Source of the DNA: an uncultured Verrucomicrobiae bacterium
Lineage (GTDB): Bacteria > Verrucomicrobiota > Verrucomicrobiia > Limisphaerales > Palsa-1400
Assembly: GCA_963707025.1 (NCBI GenBank)
Contig: CAVPOM010000009.1
Span: 128,001-192,000 of the forward strand
Reading direction: 5' to 3'
Length of the DNA stretch: 64,000 nucleotides
In this document: positions 38,781 to 48,858 of the stretch, in pieces
How the letters are laid out: each line of letters opens with the position of its first letter
How positions within the stretch are numbered: the stretch's first letter is position 1
The notes under the pieces: generated by a model
Seen by the model: the letters and a program-made list of their open reading frames with translations, nothing else
Databases searched by the model: none
What the model was told of the DNA's origin: nothing
Made by a program: the position numbers and the translations under genes

Positions 38781-40412
38781 ATGAAGCTGCGCGACCATCA
38801 AGGATTTCTCTCGCTCTACTATGAGCCAAACGCCGTGGAGGTTGCCACGGGCGAGGCAGACTCGTTCGCTTCAGCCGAGTCGTGGCAGCGGGAGACAAAG
38901 CAACTTGGGCAGGTAGCCACGCCCGAGCCGATTGCGGCGCTGATGGCGAAGTGGGTGATGTCGGCCAAGCCGCGCACGGTGCTCGATCCAGGGGCGGGCT
39001 TCGGCGGGCTGCTGGCCGCGTGCCGTAAACTCGACGGGAACGTCCAGTTGGCAGGGGTGGAGCGGGACGTTGAAACGCTGAAACGGGCGAAAATGACTGC
39101 GCCGCGCGGCGCGAAACTGATTCTGGCGGATTATCTCAAGTCCGACGCCGGGTTGTTCGACGGTATTATTGCCAACCCGCCCTACGTAAAGGCGCATCGG
39201 CTCGATTATTCTGAGGAGGATTGGCTCTATTTCGAGGAGCGGCTCGGCACATCATTGGATCGGCTCACGAATCTCTATGCGCTGTTCTTGCTCAAGATTT
39301 GGGAAGACCTTTCGCAGGGTGGACGCGCGGCGGTCATCCTGCCAGCGGAGTTTCTGAACGCGAACTTTGGCCACGAAATCAAGGACCGTCTGGTGCATGC
39401 GATTCGACCGGTGGCGCTCGTGGTGTTCGCCCCTTCAGTGAACCTTTTCGCGAACGCACTCACGACCAGCGCGATCGTGTTTCTGGACAAGGGCCGGCCA
39501 GCGGAAGCGCCGGCATGGGCGAAGCGCGTTGGCTCAATCGAAGAGGCAGCGAAATTCGTCTGCCAGCTCTGCGCCGGAACCGTTGGGCGCGCGGGCAACG
39601 GTTGCCTGAACTTAATGAAGCTCAACCCCAACGACAAATGGCTCAACCTTCTGTTCAACGAGAAGCGGCAGGCTGACGGACCATCATTCCCTAACCGAGT
39701 CGGAGATTACTTCCGTTGCAGCCGTGGCATCGCGACGGGCGCAAATGATTTCTTTTGTTTGAGCCGCGCAGAACTCCGCACCCACCATTTAACGGAAGAG
39801 CATGTCGAGCCTTGCGTCACCAAGGCGTTGGACGCACAGGGACTGGTGTTCACACGCAAGGATTTTGATGCCCTGGCCGCCAGCGGTCGCCGCTGTTTCC
39901 TGCTGAACCCCTCCCGCAACGGCCCAGACCTCAAGCGCTATCTGAAGCTCGGCGAGGAGCGGCGCATTCCTCAGCGCCATTTGCCAAGCCATCGTCCGGT
40001 CTGGTATATGCCGGAGAAACGCGCCGTGGCGGACATTTGGGCAGCCGTCTTTTCGCGCGGGTCGGCGAAGTTCATACTGAACACCTCTGGCGCAAGAAAC
40101 CTGACATGTTTCCACGGCCTCTACGCCAAACCGGGCTGCGACTGCCTGTCACCGCTGATGACGTTGTTCTTGAACAGTTCCGACGGGCGGCGGGCGTTCT
40201 CCCAAGTAAACCGGTTTTATGGCGACGGCTTGGACAAGCTTGAACCGAAAGACGTGGAAGATATGCCCTGCCCCGACTTCCCAACGCCAACCACGGCTTC
40301 GAGCAGGGAACTCCAAGCCAAGCTCATTGGGTTGGGAATACTCGCGCAACCAGTCAGGCAGGCGGCGATTGACCTGCTTGCATCCGTTTTGCTGCGTCTG
40401 CCGCTTCGATGA
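38781..40412 (+). CDS. N6-adenine DNA methyltransferase (gamma class)
   Basis: Motif I VLDPGAGFG precedes motif IV IIANPPY; RGIATGANDFF target-recognition region. Confidence 0.9.
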   Translation: MKLRDHQGFLSLYYEPNAVEVATGEADSFASAESWQRETKQLGQVATPEPIAALMAKWVMSAKPRTVLDPGAGFGGLLAACRKLDGNVQLAGVERDVETLKRAKMTAPRGAKLILADYLKSDAGLFDGIIANPPYVKAHRLDYSEEDWLYFEERLGTSLDRLTNLYALFLLKIWEDLSQGGRAAVILPAEFLNANFGHEIKDRLVHAIRPVALVVFAPSVNLFANALTTSAIVFLDKGRPAEAPAWAKRVGSIEEAAKFVCQLCAGTVGRAGNGCLNLMKLNPNDKWLNLLFNEKRQADGPSFPNRVGDYFRCSRGIATGANDFFCLSRAELRTHHLTEEHVEPCVTKALDAQGLVFTRKDFDALAASGRRCFLLNPSRNGPDLKRYLKLGEERRIPQRHLPSHRPVWYMPEKRAVADIWAAVFSRGSAKFILNTSGARNLTCFHGLYAKPGCDCLSPLMTLFLNSSDGRRAFSQVNRFYGDGLDKLEPKDVEDMPCPDFPTPTTASSRELQAKLIGLGILAQPVRQAAIDLLASVLLRLPLR

Positions 40413-41442
40413 TCCTTTGAAGCTCGGCTTTGTCAAAGACGACTTTGCCTCCTGAGAATTCTACGACAACCACCACGCGACCGTTGCCCAGTTGTTTGAA
40501 CGAAGCTTTCAGCAACTGTGGTTGCTCGAACTCAGTGGAGAGACATACACCAGACGTCAGAGGAATGTAGATCGTGGATTTGAACTGATTTCTGGCGAAG
40601 CGAACAATCCGATATTTTTTGGATTTTGGCGACTGAGCGAGCAACTCCAAAATGCGATCGAATCCGATGGCATACACGCGACCGAACAACACCTGAACGT
40701 AATAATGCGGCACGTCGTGAATCTCGATCCACATTACCACATTTCGGACATCCTCCACTTTCGGTGTGAAACTCAGCTTTGCAGGATCACGTTCCCCATC
40801 GAGCGTCTGCTGACTTGATCGCACTTCAAGGGCTGCAACCGCTTTTTTCGCAATACTGATCAGATCGTTGGCGCTCTCGCCTTCGAAACTCCCTTGCGGC
40901 ATCTCAGGTTTGCGGAAGACAAGAAGGTCGGGGCGCTTGCCGATCCCTTTCAATTCTTGCTGGTGCTCCAAATAGAGTTTCACAAAGCCGTCCTCACCCG
41001 CAATCAGGCGATCCTGGCGTCCATAGGAAACCGCGCACACATCCAGGCCCGATTTGTTGACAGCGACCCGCACCACTCCTTCCGCCCAGTCGCCGAGTTC
41101 TCGATTGATGATGAAATTGGAAGCGCCTTGCGAGGGAGCGTGCGGGTCTTGTGCGCCTGCGATTGCCTTCTGGATATTTTCCGGCACGCTGTCCCATACG
41201 CCGGCTAAAAACTCGCTCAGTATCTCCGAGGGTATGAGATTGAGTTTGTCGGTCGAGTTCAAAAGTTTCGTGATCTCGTCCGGCTGGGTTCCCGTGATCG
41301 CCTCGCGGATGTCCTTCTTCTTGAGGAAGTTCGCAAGTGCGCCTCTCGGAAATTGCCGCTTCTGTGTTGCGGGATCGAACAGCGGCTTTACGTCTGCGTG
41401 AACTCCTTTGAACAATTCTTGGATTCTCGCAGCGTAACTCAT
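40354..41442 (-). CDS. Type II restriction endonuclease, AccI-family-like
   Basis: NFIINRELGDWAE, GKRPDLL, ALEVRSS, SFTPKVED, RNQFKST resemble the AccI family (recalled). Convergent with the MTase. Confidence 0.75.
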   Translation of the reverse strand: MSYAARIQELFKGVHADVKPLFDPATQKRQFPRGALANFLKKKDIREAITGTQPDEITKLLNSTDKLNLIPSEILSEFLAGVWDSVPENIQKAIAGAQDPHAPSQGASNFIINRELGDWAEGVVRVAVNKSGLDVCAVSYGRQDRLIAGEDGFVKLYLEHQQELKGIGKRPDLLVFRKPEMPQGSFEGESANDLISIAKKAVAALEVRSSQQTLDGERDPAKLSFTPKVEDVRNVVMWIEIHDVPHYYVQVLFGRVYAIGFDRILELLAQSPKSKKYRIVRFARNQFKSTIYIPLTSGVCLSTEFEQPQLLKASFKQLGNGRVVVVVEFSGGKVVFDKAELQRIIEAADAAKRMQAGQSPPA

Positions 41443-41657
41443 CGCTTCTTCTCCTCGAAGGTGAACAGTTCCCTGACCTCAACCCTGAGCGCTTCGGAAA
41501 ACTTTTCCAACCCGGCGACGGATGGAGCGTTCACACCACGTTCCACGAGGCTAATGAACTCAACCGAGCAGCCGACAGCTTCGGCAAGTTGTTCTTGTGT
41601 GAGCTTCCTGGCCCGGCGCAGGTCGCCAATACGTTTGCCCAGTTTTCGTTGAAGCAC
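41439..41657 (-). CDS. R-M controller (C) protein, XRE HTH
   Basis: LRRARKLTQEQLAE....S..FISLVERG..PS; stop overlaps the REase start. Confidence 0.8.
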   Translation of the reverse strand: MLQRKLGKRIGDLRRARKLTQEQLAEAVGCSVEFISLVERGVNAPSVAGLEKFSEALRVEVRELFTFEEKKR

Positions 41658-41706
41658 GCAGTTTAACTACCACTTCACCCGGATATTCACCACGCAGCTA
41701 AACTAC
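41655..41706 (-). promoter_or_regulatory. Paired C-box-like operators
   Basis: CACGCAGTTTAACTAC (41655-41670) and CACGCAGCTAAACTAC (41691-41706), each an imperfect palindrome, directly at the C gene start. Confidence 0.65.
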
Positions 41707-41810
41707 GTGCTGCACAAATGCGCCCGCGCCAGTGTCCTTCGCCGGTTTTTTCCCGGTTGCATTATTGGCAAATTGGGCGAAATTTACCGAAATATTGATG
41801 GAATTGCATT

Positions 41811-42953
41811 ATGGACCAACAAAACTTTCCCCCCTTTAATCTCACCCGCCTGCTCCAAACCGTCTTCACTCCCGCACCGGGTGAACGCCTCGCCATCCTC
41901 ATTGACCTGGCCGATCCCAGGCTGGTCCGCGACTTCGCCTTCCTCAAAGACCCCGGCCTTTCCATCCAGCGCCACGCCTATGAGGTTTTTTACCAGGGGC
42001 TGAAAAAGGGCGGCCTGGCCGAACTCAAACTGACCGGCGGCGACTTGTTCGCCTATCAAATCACCGGCGGCAGCAATCTCGATCTGCCCGATCAGGCCTT
42101 CGATCCCGCCGGAAAAGAACTGAGCCTGGAAAAAGACGTTTACCCCAAATACAACATCCTCCTTTGCATTTCCACCTTCTCGGCCACCGCCCCTTTGACC
42201 GCCTTTGCCAAACGCTTCGGCTTCCGCGGCGCCACTTTGCACGGCCTCAACGACATCATTTTGCGCACCGGCCTCGCCGTGGACTATAACGAAGTCAGCC
42301 GCCAGGCCGAAAAACTCCGGCTCGGCCTGACCGGCGCCGATTCCTTTGAAATTGATTTCCTCCTCCTCGGCCAAAAACACACCTTGAAACTGCTCTGCGG
42401 CCGCCAGGAAGCCCAGAAAAGCCACGGCCTTTGCCCCCGCGGCAAGCCCGATGTCGCCAACCTGCCCGCCGGCGAAGTCTATTTCGTGCCCCGGAGCGCC
42501 GAAGGCGTTTTCCCGCTGCGCTACGAGGACGGCACCATCGGCCTCATGCAAGTGTCGGGCGGCCACATTCAAAAAGCCGTCCTGGCCCAGGGCCGGCAAA
42601 GCGAAGTGGACGCCCACAACCGCAAACTCCTCTCCGACCCCGTCACCGGCCAGATCGGCGAACTGGGTTTCGGCACCCAGGAACTGCCCCCGTCGGGCCG
42701 TGACATCCAGGACGAAAAAATCCTCGGCACCCTCCACGTCGCCACCGGCCGCAGCGATCACCTGGGCGGGGCGCTGACCCCCGACAAATTCGCCAGCGCC
42801 AAAAACGCCACCCACGACGACATCCTTTTTTCCCCGTCCAAAACCCCGGAAATCCGCGTCACCCAGGTGCGCATGCAGCGCGGCAGTCAACACGAAATAA
42901 TCATTGAGGACTACCGCCCTTCCGCTTACCTGCGCCAATTGCTGGCCGCTTGA
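41811..42953 (+). CDS. M29-like (aminopeptidase T type) metallopeptidase
   Basis: NLPAGEVY, IGELGFG, DEKILGTLHVATGRSDHLGG. Confidence 0.75.
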   Translation: MDQQNFPPFNLTRLLQTVFTPAPGERLAILIDLADPRLVRDFAFLKDPGLSIQRHAYEVFYQGLKKGGLAELKLTGGDLFAYQITGGSNLDLPDQAFDPAGKELSLEKDVYPKYNILLCISTFSATAPLTAFAKRFGFRGATLHGLNDIILRTGLAVDYNEVSRQAEKLRLGLTGADSFEIDFLLLGQKHTLKLLCGRQEAQKSHGLCPRGKPDVANLPAGEVYFVPRSAEGVFPLRYEDGTIGLMQVSGGHIQKAVLAQGRQSEVDAHNRKLLSDPVTGQIGELGFGTQELPPSGRDIQDEKILGTLHVATGRSDHLGGALTPDKFASAKNATHDDILFSPSKTPEIRVTQVRMQRGSQHEIIIEDYRPSAYLRQLLAA

Positions 42954-43009
42954 GCCGCCGCCCTGACCCGTGCCGCCGCTCGAACAGCGCCGGTGAAAAA
43001 GCCCCTGCC

Positions 43010-43748
43010 ATGACCCGCGCCTATTATGAGAGCGACCACGCCGCCGCGGAATATCTTCTCCTTCATTACGGCGGCGCGGGCCGCTCCAATTTCCCGGCGC
43101 GCTGCGCCAGCCAACTGCTGGCGCGGCCTCTCCCGCCGCCCGCGCGCGGCCTGGACCTCGGTTGCGCCGTGGGCCGCTCCAGCTTTGAACTGGCCCGGCG
43201 CTGCGCCGAGGTGGTGGGGATTGACGCTTCCGCGCGCTTCATCGCCATCGCCCGCCAGTTGCAGCAAAAGGGCTCGAATCCCTTTCCAGACCGCCGAAGA
43301 AGGCCGGCTCACCCGCCGCCGCCGCGCCGTCGTGCCCCGGGAAATTGACCGCCAGCGCGTCCGCTTCGAGCGGGGCGACGCCGTGAACCTCCCGTCCGGC
43401 CTGGGTCTGTTCGACGTGATTCTCATGGCCAATCTGATTGACAGACTCGGCCATCCGCGAAAATGCCTGGCCCAAATGCGCCATTTTTTGCGCCCGGGCG
43501 GCCGGCTCCTCATCACCTCCCCTTACACCTGGCTGGTGGAATACACGCCGCGCCGCCGCTGGCTGGGGGGTTTTGTGCGTCAGGGCCGCCCCGTCAGAAC
43601 GTTCGACACCCTGCGTCAAATCCTTTCCCCGCATTTTCGACTTGTCAGCCGCCGCGATCTTCCCTTCCTCATCCGCGAACACGCCCGCAAATTTCAACTG
43701 GGCCTGGCCGAGGCCAGCCTCTGGCTGCGCCGCCCCTGGCGCCTTTGA
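43010..43748 (+). pseudogene. SAM methyltransferase like the OvoA C-terminal (putative 4-mercaptohistidine N-methyltransferase) family, +1 frameshift near 43277
   Basis: YLLLHYG..NFPARC, LDLGCAVGRSSFEL in one frame; GDA, ANLIDRL, SPYTW, IREHARKFQ in the next frame. Confidence 0.75.
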
Positions 43749-43797
43749 CTTTTCCGTTGCCGTTTTCCCCATCCTCATCCTAATCTTATCCGATCGA

Positions 43798-45414
43798 ATG
43801 CACGACCAATCCCCGCCAGCCGCGACCGCCCGGGAACCGGGAGATGCGAGGCTGGGCGATGTGCCTCCAGCGGTCGCCCGCCAGTCTTTGCATTGGTTGC
43901 AGCGTTACCTCGCCGGGCGTTTCGGCGGCCCGACCACTGCGCCGGTGGCCGGCGCGTGGACCCGGGGACAACTGATCAAAGCGGCAGGCCCGCTGCCCGA
44001 AGAACCACGCCCTTTGCCGGGGACACTGGCCTTTTTCGAGGCCCAGGTTGCGCCGGGCCTGCTGCGCTGGAACCATCCCCGCTTTGCCGCCTACTTCGCG
44101 ACCAGCGCGCCCGCGCCCTCCATTATTGCCGAGGCGTTGGTGGCCGCCCACAACAGCAATGCCATGCTCGCTTCGGCCAGTCCGGCCGGGGCGGAACTCG
44201 AAGCCATTGTTGGACAATGGTACCATCAACTGCTGCACGTTCCGGCCTGCCTCTCCCCTCAATTGTTCACCAGCGCCTCCCAGAGTCATCAGCACGCCCT
44301 CGTGGCCGCCATCAACCGGAAAACCAAGGGCTTGGCGCGGCGGGCTGGCCTGACCGGTCAGCGTCCTTTGGCCATTTATACTTCGGAGCTGGGCCACTTC
44401 TTCGCCCGCAAGAACGCAGTGGCCGCGGGCCTCGGCGAGGCCTGGGTGCGGGCGGTTCCGGCCGATGAGCGAGGCTCGATGGTTCTCAGCGCCTTGGATC
44501 AAATGATCGCGGCCGACATCGCCGCCGGGATCCAGCCCGTCATGGTGATTGCCACGGTGGGCACGACTTCCATCACCTCGGTGGATGAGGTGGCCGGCAT
44601 CGCCCAAATCTGCCGGCGGCATGCGGCCTGGTGTTATGTGGACGCGGCTTACGGGGGCGCCTTTGCCTGTCTGCCGGAGTGCCGCTGGGTGGCCGACGGA
44701 TGGGACTTGGCCGATGCGGTTTGCGTCAATCCCCACAAGGGATTGTTTGTGCCGCAAGGCTGCAGCGTGCTGTTTCTGAGGGACCGCCAGGAGTTGCGCC
44801 GGGTGTGCGACCACCGCGCCGAGTATCTCCCGGCCTCCGACCCTGAAGAAGGTGATCCGATGGATTTCACCTTCTTGTGCGGCGTGCGGGTCAACACTTT
44901 GGCCTCATTCTTCAACCTGATGACCTTCGGCGCCGAAGGAATGCGCCGGCGCGTGCGGGCAGTCCTGGGCCTGGCCACCTTTGCGGCCGGCCAAATCGCG
45001 GGCGATCCCATGTTCGAGCTTCTCGCCCGTCCCCGGTTCAGCACGGTCTGTTTCACTCTGCGAGGCGATCCTGGCCAGTCGCGGCAGGCCGTGGATGCAA
45101 CCATCTGTCAAGTGTGCAGCTCCATTCAAGCCGCCGGCCGCTGCTGCATCTCCCAAACCCGCTACCGCAACCGCCTCTGGTTCCGTTTGGCCATAGGGAA
45201 CCTCAACACCACCCGCGATGACGTGAACTTCATCCTCGACGAAGTGCGCCACACCGTCATCCAGGCCAAAGCCGGGGGATTTGCTTCGCCGCCCGCGGCT
45301 TCCACCCCCATTCACGGCGTCCGGCGTTTGAAAGCCCAAACCAAGAGCACGAAACCGCAGACAAAGAGCAAAATCGCGATGAGGGTTCCAACCAGGCGCA
45401 GCAGGCGGGCATGA
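43798..45414 (+). CDS. Group II PLP-dependent decarboxylase (aromatic amino acid/glutamate decarboxylase family)
   Basis: WNHPRFAAYF, ATVGTT, YVDAAYGG, PLP lysine in NPHK. The tail overlaps the convergent gene by about 100 nt. Confidence 0.88.
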   Translation: MHDQSPPAATAREPGDARLGDVPPAVARQSLHWLQRYLAGRFGGPTTAPVAGAWTRGQLIKAAGPLPEEPRPLPGTLAFFEAQVAPGLLRWNHPRFAAYFATSAPAPSIIAEALVAAHNSNAMLASASPAGAELEAIVGQWYHQLLHVPACLSPQLFTSASQSHQHALVAAINRKTKGLARRAGLTGQRPLAIYTSELGHFFARKNAVAAGLGEAWVRAVPADERGSMVLSALDQMIAADIAAGIQPVMVIATVGTTSITSVDEVAGIAQICRRHAAWCYVDAAYGGAFACLPECRWVADGWDLADAVCVNPHKGLFVPQGCSVLFLRDRQELRRVCDHRAEYLPASDPEEGDPMDFTFLCGVRVNTLASFFNLMTFGAEGMRRRVRAVLGLATFAAGQIAGDPMFELLARPRFSTVCFTLRGDPGQSRQAVDATICQVCSSIQAAGRCCISQTRYRNRLWFRLAIGNLNTTRDDVNFILDEVRHTVIQAKAGGFASPPAASTPIHGVRRLKAQTKSTKPQTKSKIAMRVPTRRSRRA

Positions 45415-45929
45415 CGGAGAAGTTTGTCGCGCTTGGCCTGCTCGGCAATCTTGAAAAGTTCGAATTGCCGGGCCAGCGCCTCGGGATCGGCCCCTTTCTG
45501 GCGGATGCGCAAGGCCAGCCATCCCGGCCCGGCCGCGCCGAAACTGGCCGGCAGATTCTCCAGCATTTCACGGCTGGCTTCGGTGAAGCCGGCCTCCGTC
45601 CGCCAATAGGGCGCGGTTTCGCGTGTCCACAGCCGGAACAGTCCGTGATTTTGCGCGGTGCTTTGCAGTTGTTGCCACAGCCGTGGACGCCAGAGGTCGG
45701 TTTGGCCGAAATCGCCAAAAGTCTCGCTGTGGATGCGGCCTTGGTTCCCGGCTACTTGCAAGGCGATGGCGGCGGCCACGCCCCCCCGGTCGTCCTCCGC
45801 CACTTGAAAGTCGGTGAACTGTTTTTCCAACTGGGCGACGGGAAACTGCTCCGCCTGCCAGAGCGCTTTCAACTGCTCCAGATCATCGGTCGTGGCCCGC
45901 CGGGTGCGATGACTGCTCAGAGGGTTCAC
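45312..45929 (-). CDS. GNAT-like hypothetical protein with a C-terminal TM helix
   Basis: RRATTDDL start, acetyltransferase-like pattern, hydrophobic C-terminus. Confidence 0.55.
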   Translation of the reverse strand: MNPLSSHRTRRATTDDLEQLKALWQAEQFPVAQLEKQFTDFQVAEDDRGGVAAAIALQVAGNQGRIHSETFGDFGQTDLWRPRLWQQLQSTAQNHGLFRLWTRETAPYWRTEAGFTEASREMLENLPASFGAAGPGWLALRIRQKGADPEALARQFELFKIAEQAKRDKLLRHARLLRLVGTLIAILLFVCGFVLLVWAFKRRTP

Positions 45930-45935
45930 AGGGCG

Positions 45936-47027
45936 CTATGCGCTGTTGGGATAGGAGCCGAGCACTTTGGCGAAATTGCAGACGCTTTCCAGGCTGGCAA
46001 TGGCCCTGGCCACCTTGCGGTCCTTCATGTGCCCGTCGCAGTCAACAAAAAAGAAATACTCCCAGGCCTTGCGCTTGCTCGGGCGCGATTCAATTTTTGT
46101 CATGTTCAACCGGTAACGGCGGAAGGGGCCCAGCGCGTTGTAGAGCGCCCCGACTTCATCGGCGATGCTCAACATCAGGCTGGTGCGGTCGTGGCCGCTG
46201 GGCGGGCTGCACTGCCGGCCCAGGACCAGGAAGCGGGTGGCGTTGCCCGTGAAATCCTGGAGGTTGTGCTCGATTATTCTCAAACCGTATTTCTCCGCCG
46301 CCAGCACCCCCGTGATGGCCGCGGTCCTGGGGCGGCGCGCCGCGCCCGTGGCCGGGCCGGGCGGCTGGGCCGCCAGTTCGGCCGAGCGGGCGTTGGAGGA
46401 CGTTTCCAGGATTTCCGCCCCGGGCAAATTCCGCCGCACCCAGAGGCGGCATTGGGCCAGGGCCTGGGGATGAACATAGAGGCGCCGCACCTCCCTGGCG
46501 GCCGCCCGGCCCGCCAGGCAATAGCGGATGGGCAGGATGATTTGCGCCACAATTTTGAGATCGCTCTCCACGAACATGTCCAGCGTTTCCTCCACCACTC
46601 CTTCGGTGGAATTCTCCACCGGCGCCACCCCGTAATCGGCGCGATTTTTGCTCACCTCGGAGAAAACATCCGCGATGGTTCGTTGCGCGGCGTAACGCAG
46701 GCTGGCCCCGAATTTCCGGATGGCCGCCTGGTGGGTGAAGGTGGCCTCCGGCCCGAGGTAGGCGATGGTCATGGTCTTTTGCAGCGAGAGCGCGCTGGAC
46801 ATGACTTCGCGATAAATGGCGCGCAAGGACTCGTCGGTGATGGGCCCCGGGTTTAACTTGCCGAGGCGCTGCAGCACCATCCGCTCCCGATGCGGCACGT
46901 AAATGGCTTCGCCCGCCTTGACCTTGATGGCGCCGATTTCCAGAACATGCCGGGTGCGCTCATTGAGGAGCTGGACGATGCGGGCGTCCAGCCGGTCAAT
47001 GGCCTTGCGCAGTTCAGGAATGTTCAT
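45936..47027 (-). CDS. pheA: Chorismate mutase / prephenate dehydratase
   Basis: LRKAIDRLD CM domain, AYLGPEATFT, PVENSTEG, TRF, ESRP. Confidence 0.95.
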   Translation of the reverse strand: MNIPELRKAIDRLDARIVQLLNERTRHVLEIGAIKVKAGEAIYVPHRERMVLQRLGKLNPGPITDESLRAIYREVMSSALSLQKTMTIAYLGPEATFTHQAAIRKFGASLRYAAQRTIADVFSEVSKNRADYGVAPVENSTEGVVEETLDMFVESDLKIVAQIILPIRYCLAGRAAAREVRRLYVHPQALAQCRLWVRRNLPGAEILETSSNARSAELAAQPPGPATGAARRPRTAAITGVLAAEKYGLRIIEHNLQDFTGNATRFLVLGRQCSPPSGHDRTSLMLSIADEVGALYNALGPFRRYRLNMTKIESRPSKRKAWEYFFFVDCDGHMKDRKVARAIASLESVCNFAKVLGSYPNSA

Positions 47028-47231
47028 TGCCGGAAACGATACACAACTCCCGCCCAAAAGCAGGAGAAAAATGTTGTCCGAACCAATTTTCAGCAAGCTC
47101 TGGTCAACCTTCAGGCAGTAGAGTTGACACCTTGCGAATCGCCCTCAAGCCAACTCTTCAAAATCGTCTTCACGCTCGAACTGGAATTCATCGAATCTCT
47201 TGTTGCCTCGTAAGATTGTCATAAAGTTGAG

Positions 47232-47954
47232 TTACTCCGCGGAATTGTCTTTGGGCGGTTGAGGTTCGCCGGCGGGCGGCTCAGGAACGGCGGCCTCCGG
47301 CGCTTTTTCCTGCTCCACTTCCGCCAGGCTGAGTTGCTCGGGGGCGACCGTGGCCAGGCCGGGATCGGCTGTCAATAATCCTTCCGGGCGCGTCACCGGG
47401 ATGCGGCGCAGTTCGTCGGCGGCGGGCAATCCATCCAGGCTGGGCAAACCAAAATACTCCAAAAACAAGGGCGTGGTCCCGTAGGTCATGGGATGGCCCA
47501 CCACGTCGGCCCGGCCCGCTTGCCCGATCAGCCCGCGCTCCTGCAAGGTCGCCATCACCCCGTCTATGGTGACGCCCCGGACTTGCTCGATTTCGGCGCG
47601 CGTGACCGGCTGACGGTAGGCGATGATGGCCAGGGTTTCCAACGCCGGCAGCGAAAGGCGCGGCGGGCGCGCCTTCAATCCCACCAGCGCGATGACCCAC
47701 GGCGCGTATTCCGGCTGGGTGACAAATTGCCAGGCCCCCGCCACGCAGGCCAGCCGGTAGCTGCGCCCGGCCGTTTCGTGGTCGCCGCGCAATTGTTCCA
47801 AGGCGGCCTCCACGGCGTCCTCCTTCGTTTTTTTGAACGGCTTGGCTTCGTCCCCATGCCCGGCGGCGGCGGCCAGGAGATCGCGCAGCTCCTTGGAGGT
47901 GAGCGGTTTTTGGGCGGAAAACAGAATGGCTTCCAATATCAATTTGAGTTCCAT
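47232..47954 (-). CDS. scpB: SMC-Scp complex subunit ScpB
   Basis: LEAILF, ALETLAIIAYRQPVTRAEIEQVRGV, YGTT..FLEYFGL. Confidence 0.95.
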   Translation of the reverse strand: MELKLILEAILFSAQKPLTSKELRDLLAAAAGHGDEAKPFKKTKEDAVEAALEQLRGDHETAGRSYRLACVAGAWQFVTQPEYAPWVIALVGLKARPPRLSLPALETLAIIAYRQPVTRAEIEQVRGVTIDGVMATLQERGLIGQAGRADVVGHPMTYGTTPLFLEYFGLPSLDGLPAADELRRIPVTRPEGLLTADPGLATVAPEQLSLAEVEQEKAPEAAVPEPPAGEPQPPKDNSAE

Positions 47955-47956
47955 GT

Positions 47957-48697
47957 TCAGGCGGTCACCGGCCGGGCCGGCGTTCTGGTGATTTCAATTT
48001 CCCCGAAGTCTTGCCGCTGGATGCAGAGGAGTTGTTTGAGCCGGATCAATTCCAGCAGCGCCAAAAAGGTGCAGACCACTTCGGAACGGCTGCCGGCGCA
48101 GGCAAACAAATCCGAGAATTTCACCACGGCCTGCTCCGCCGTCAATTTGAGCAGGTATTCGATTTTTTCGCTGACCGACCATTTGTCTTCAAAAATGTCG
48201 CGCAAATCCTCGCGTTGGCCGGTTCGTTGCAGCACGGCCTGGAGGGCGTTGATCAGATCGAAGAGCGACACGTCCGGTTTGCGCGCGGCGGGCGCGGGCA
48301 GATCCGGCCGCCCCGGCAGGCGGGGATAGATGTTTTCCTGCGCGATTTCGCGCTGCTGCAACAGGGCGGCGGCGTCCTTGAATTTCTTATAGGCCACCAA
48401 TTGGCGGATCAGTTCCCAGCGCGGGTCTTCCCCTTCGTCCTCTTCCCCGGCGGGCGCTTGCATCTCCTTGGGCAGCAACTCGCGGCTCTTGATATACATA
48501 AGGGTGGAGGCCATGACCAGGAATTCCCCGGCGACCTCCAAATCCAGCAGCCGCATCACCTCGATATATTCGATAAACTGGGTGGCCAGCTTGGTAAGAT
48601 TGACCTCGTAAATATCCACCTCCTCCTTCTTGATGAGGTGGAGCAGCAGATCCAGCGGCCCCTCAAAAACTTCAAATTTGATTTTGTATTCGGCCAT
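47957..48697 (-). CDS. scpA: Segregation/condensation protein A
   Basis: FEGPLDLLLHLI, EFLVMASTL.IKSR.LLP, FLALLEL. Confidence 0.95.
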   Translation of the reverse strand: MAEYKIKFEVFEGPLDLLLHLIKKEEVDIYEVNLTKLATQFIEYIEVMRLLDLEVAGEFLVMASTLMYIKSRELLPKEMQAPAGEEDEGEDPRWELIRQLVAYKKFKDAAALLQQREIAQENIYPRLPGRPDLPAPAARKPDVSLFDLINALQAVLQRTGQREDLRDIFEDKWSVSEKIEYLLKLTAEQAVVKFSDLFACAGSRSEVVCTFLALLELIRLKQLLCIQRQDFGEIEITRTPARPVTA

Positions 48698-48858
48698 GGC
48701 CTATGCCCGAATGCTAGAACTGCGCTCTGCCGTTTGGCAACGCTAGAGTGGAACAATCCGGGAATGGTGGATTGTGAATCGAGAATAGTGAAAGCACAAC
48801 ATCCCCACTTTCCCAATTCAACATTCAACCTTCAAAATTCCCTTAAATCCGCAATTCC

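Noticed and set aside
43260..43290. Programmed ribosomal frameshift in the methyltransferase (also 58376 and 59630)
   Set aside because: No slippery heptamer or stimulatory structure, unlike the IS3 A8G site; a simple one-base insertion explains each.
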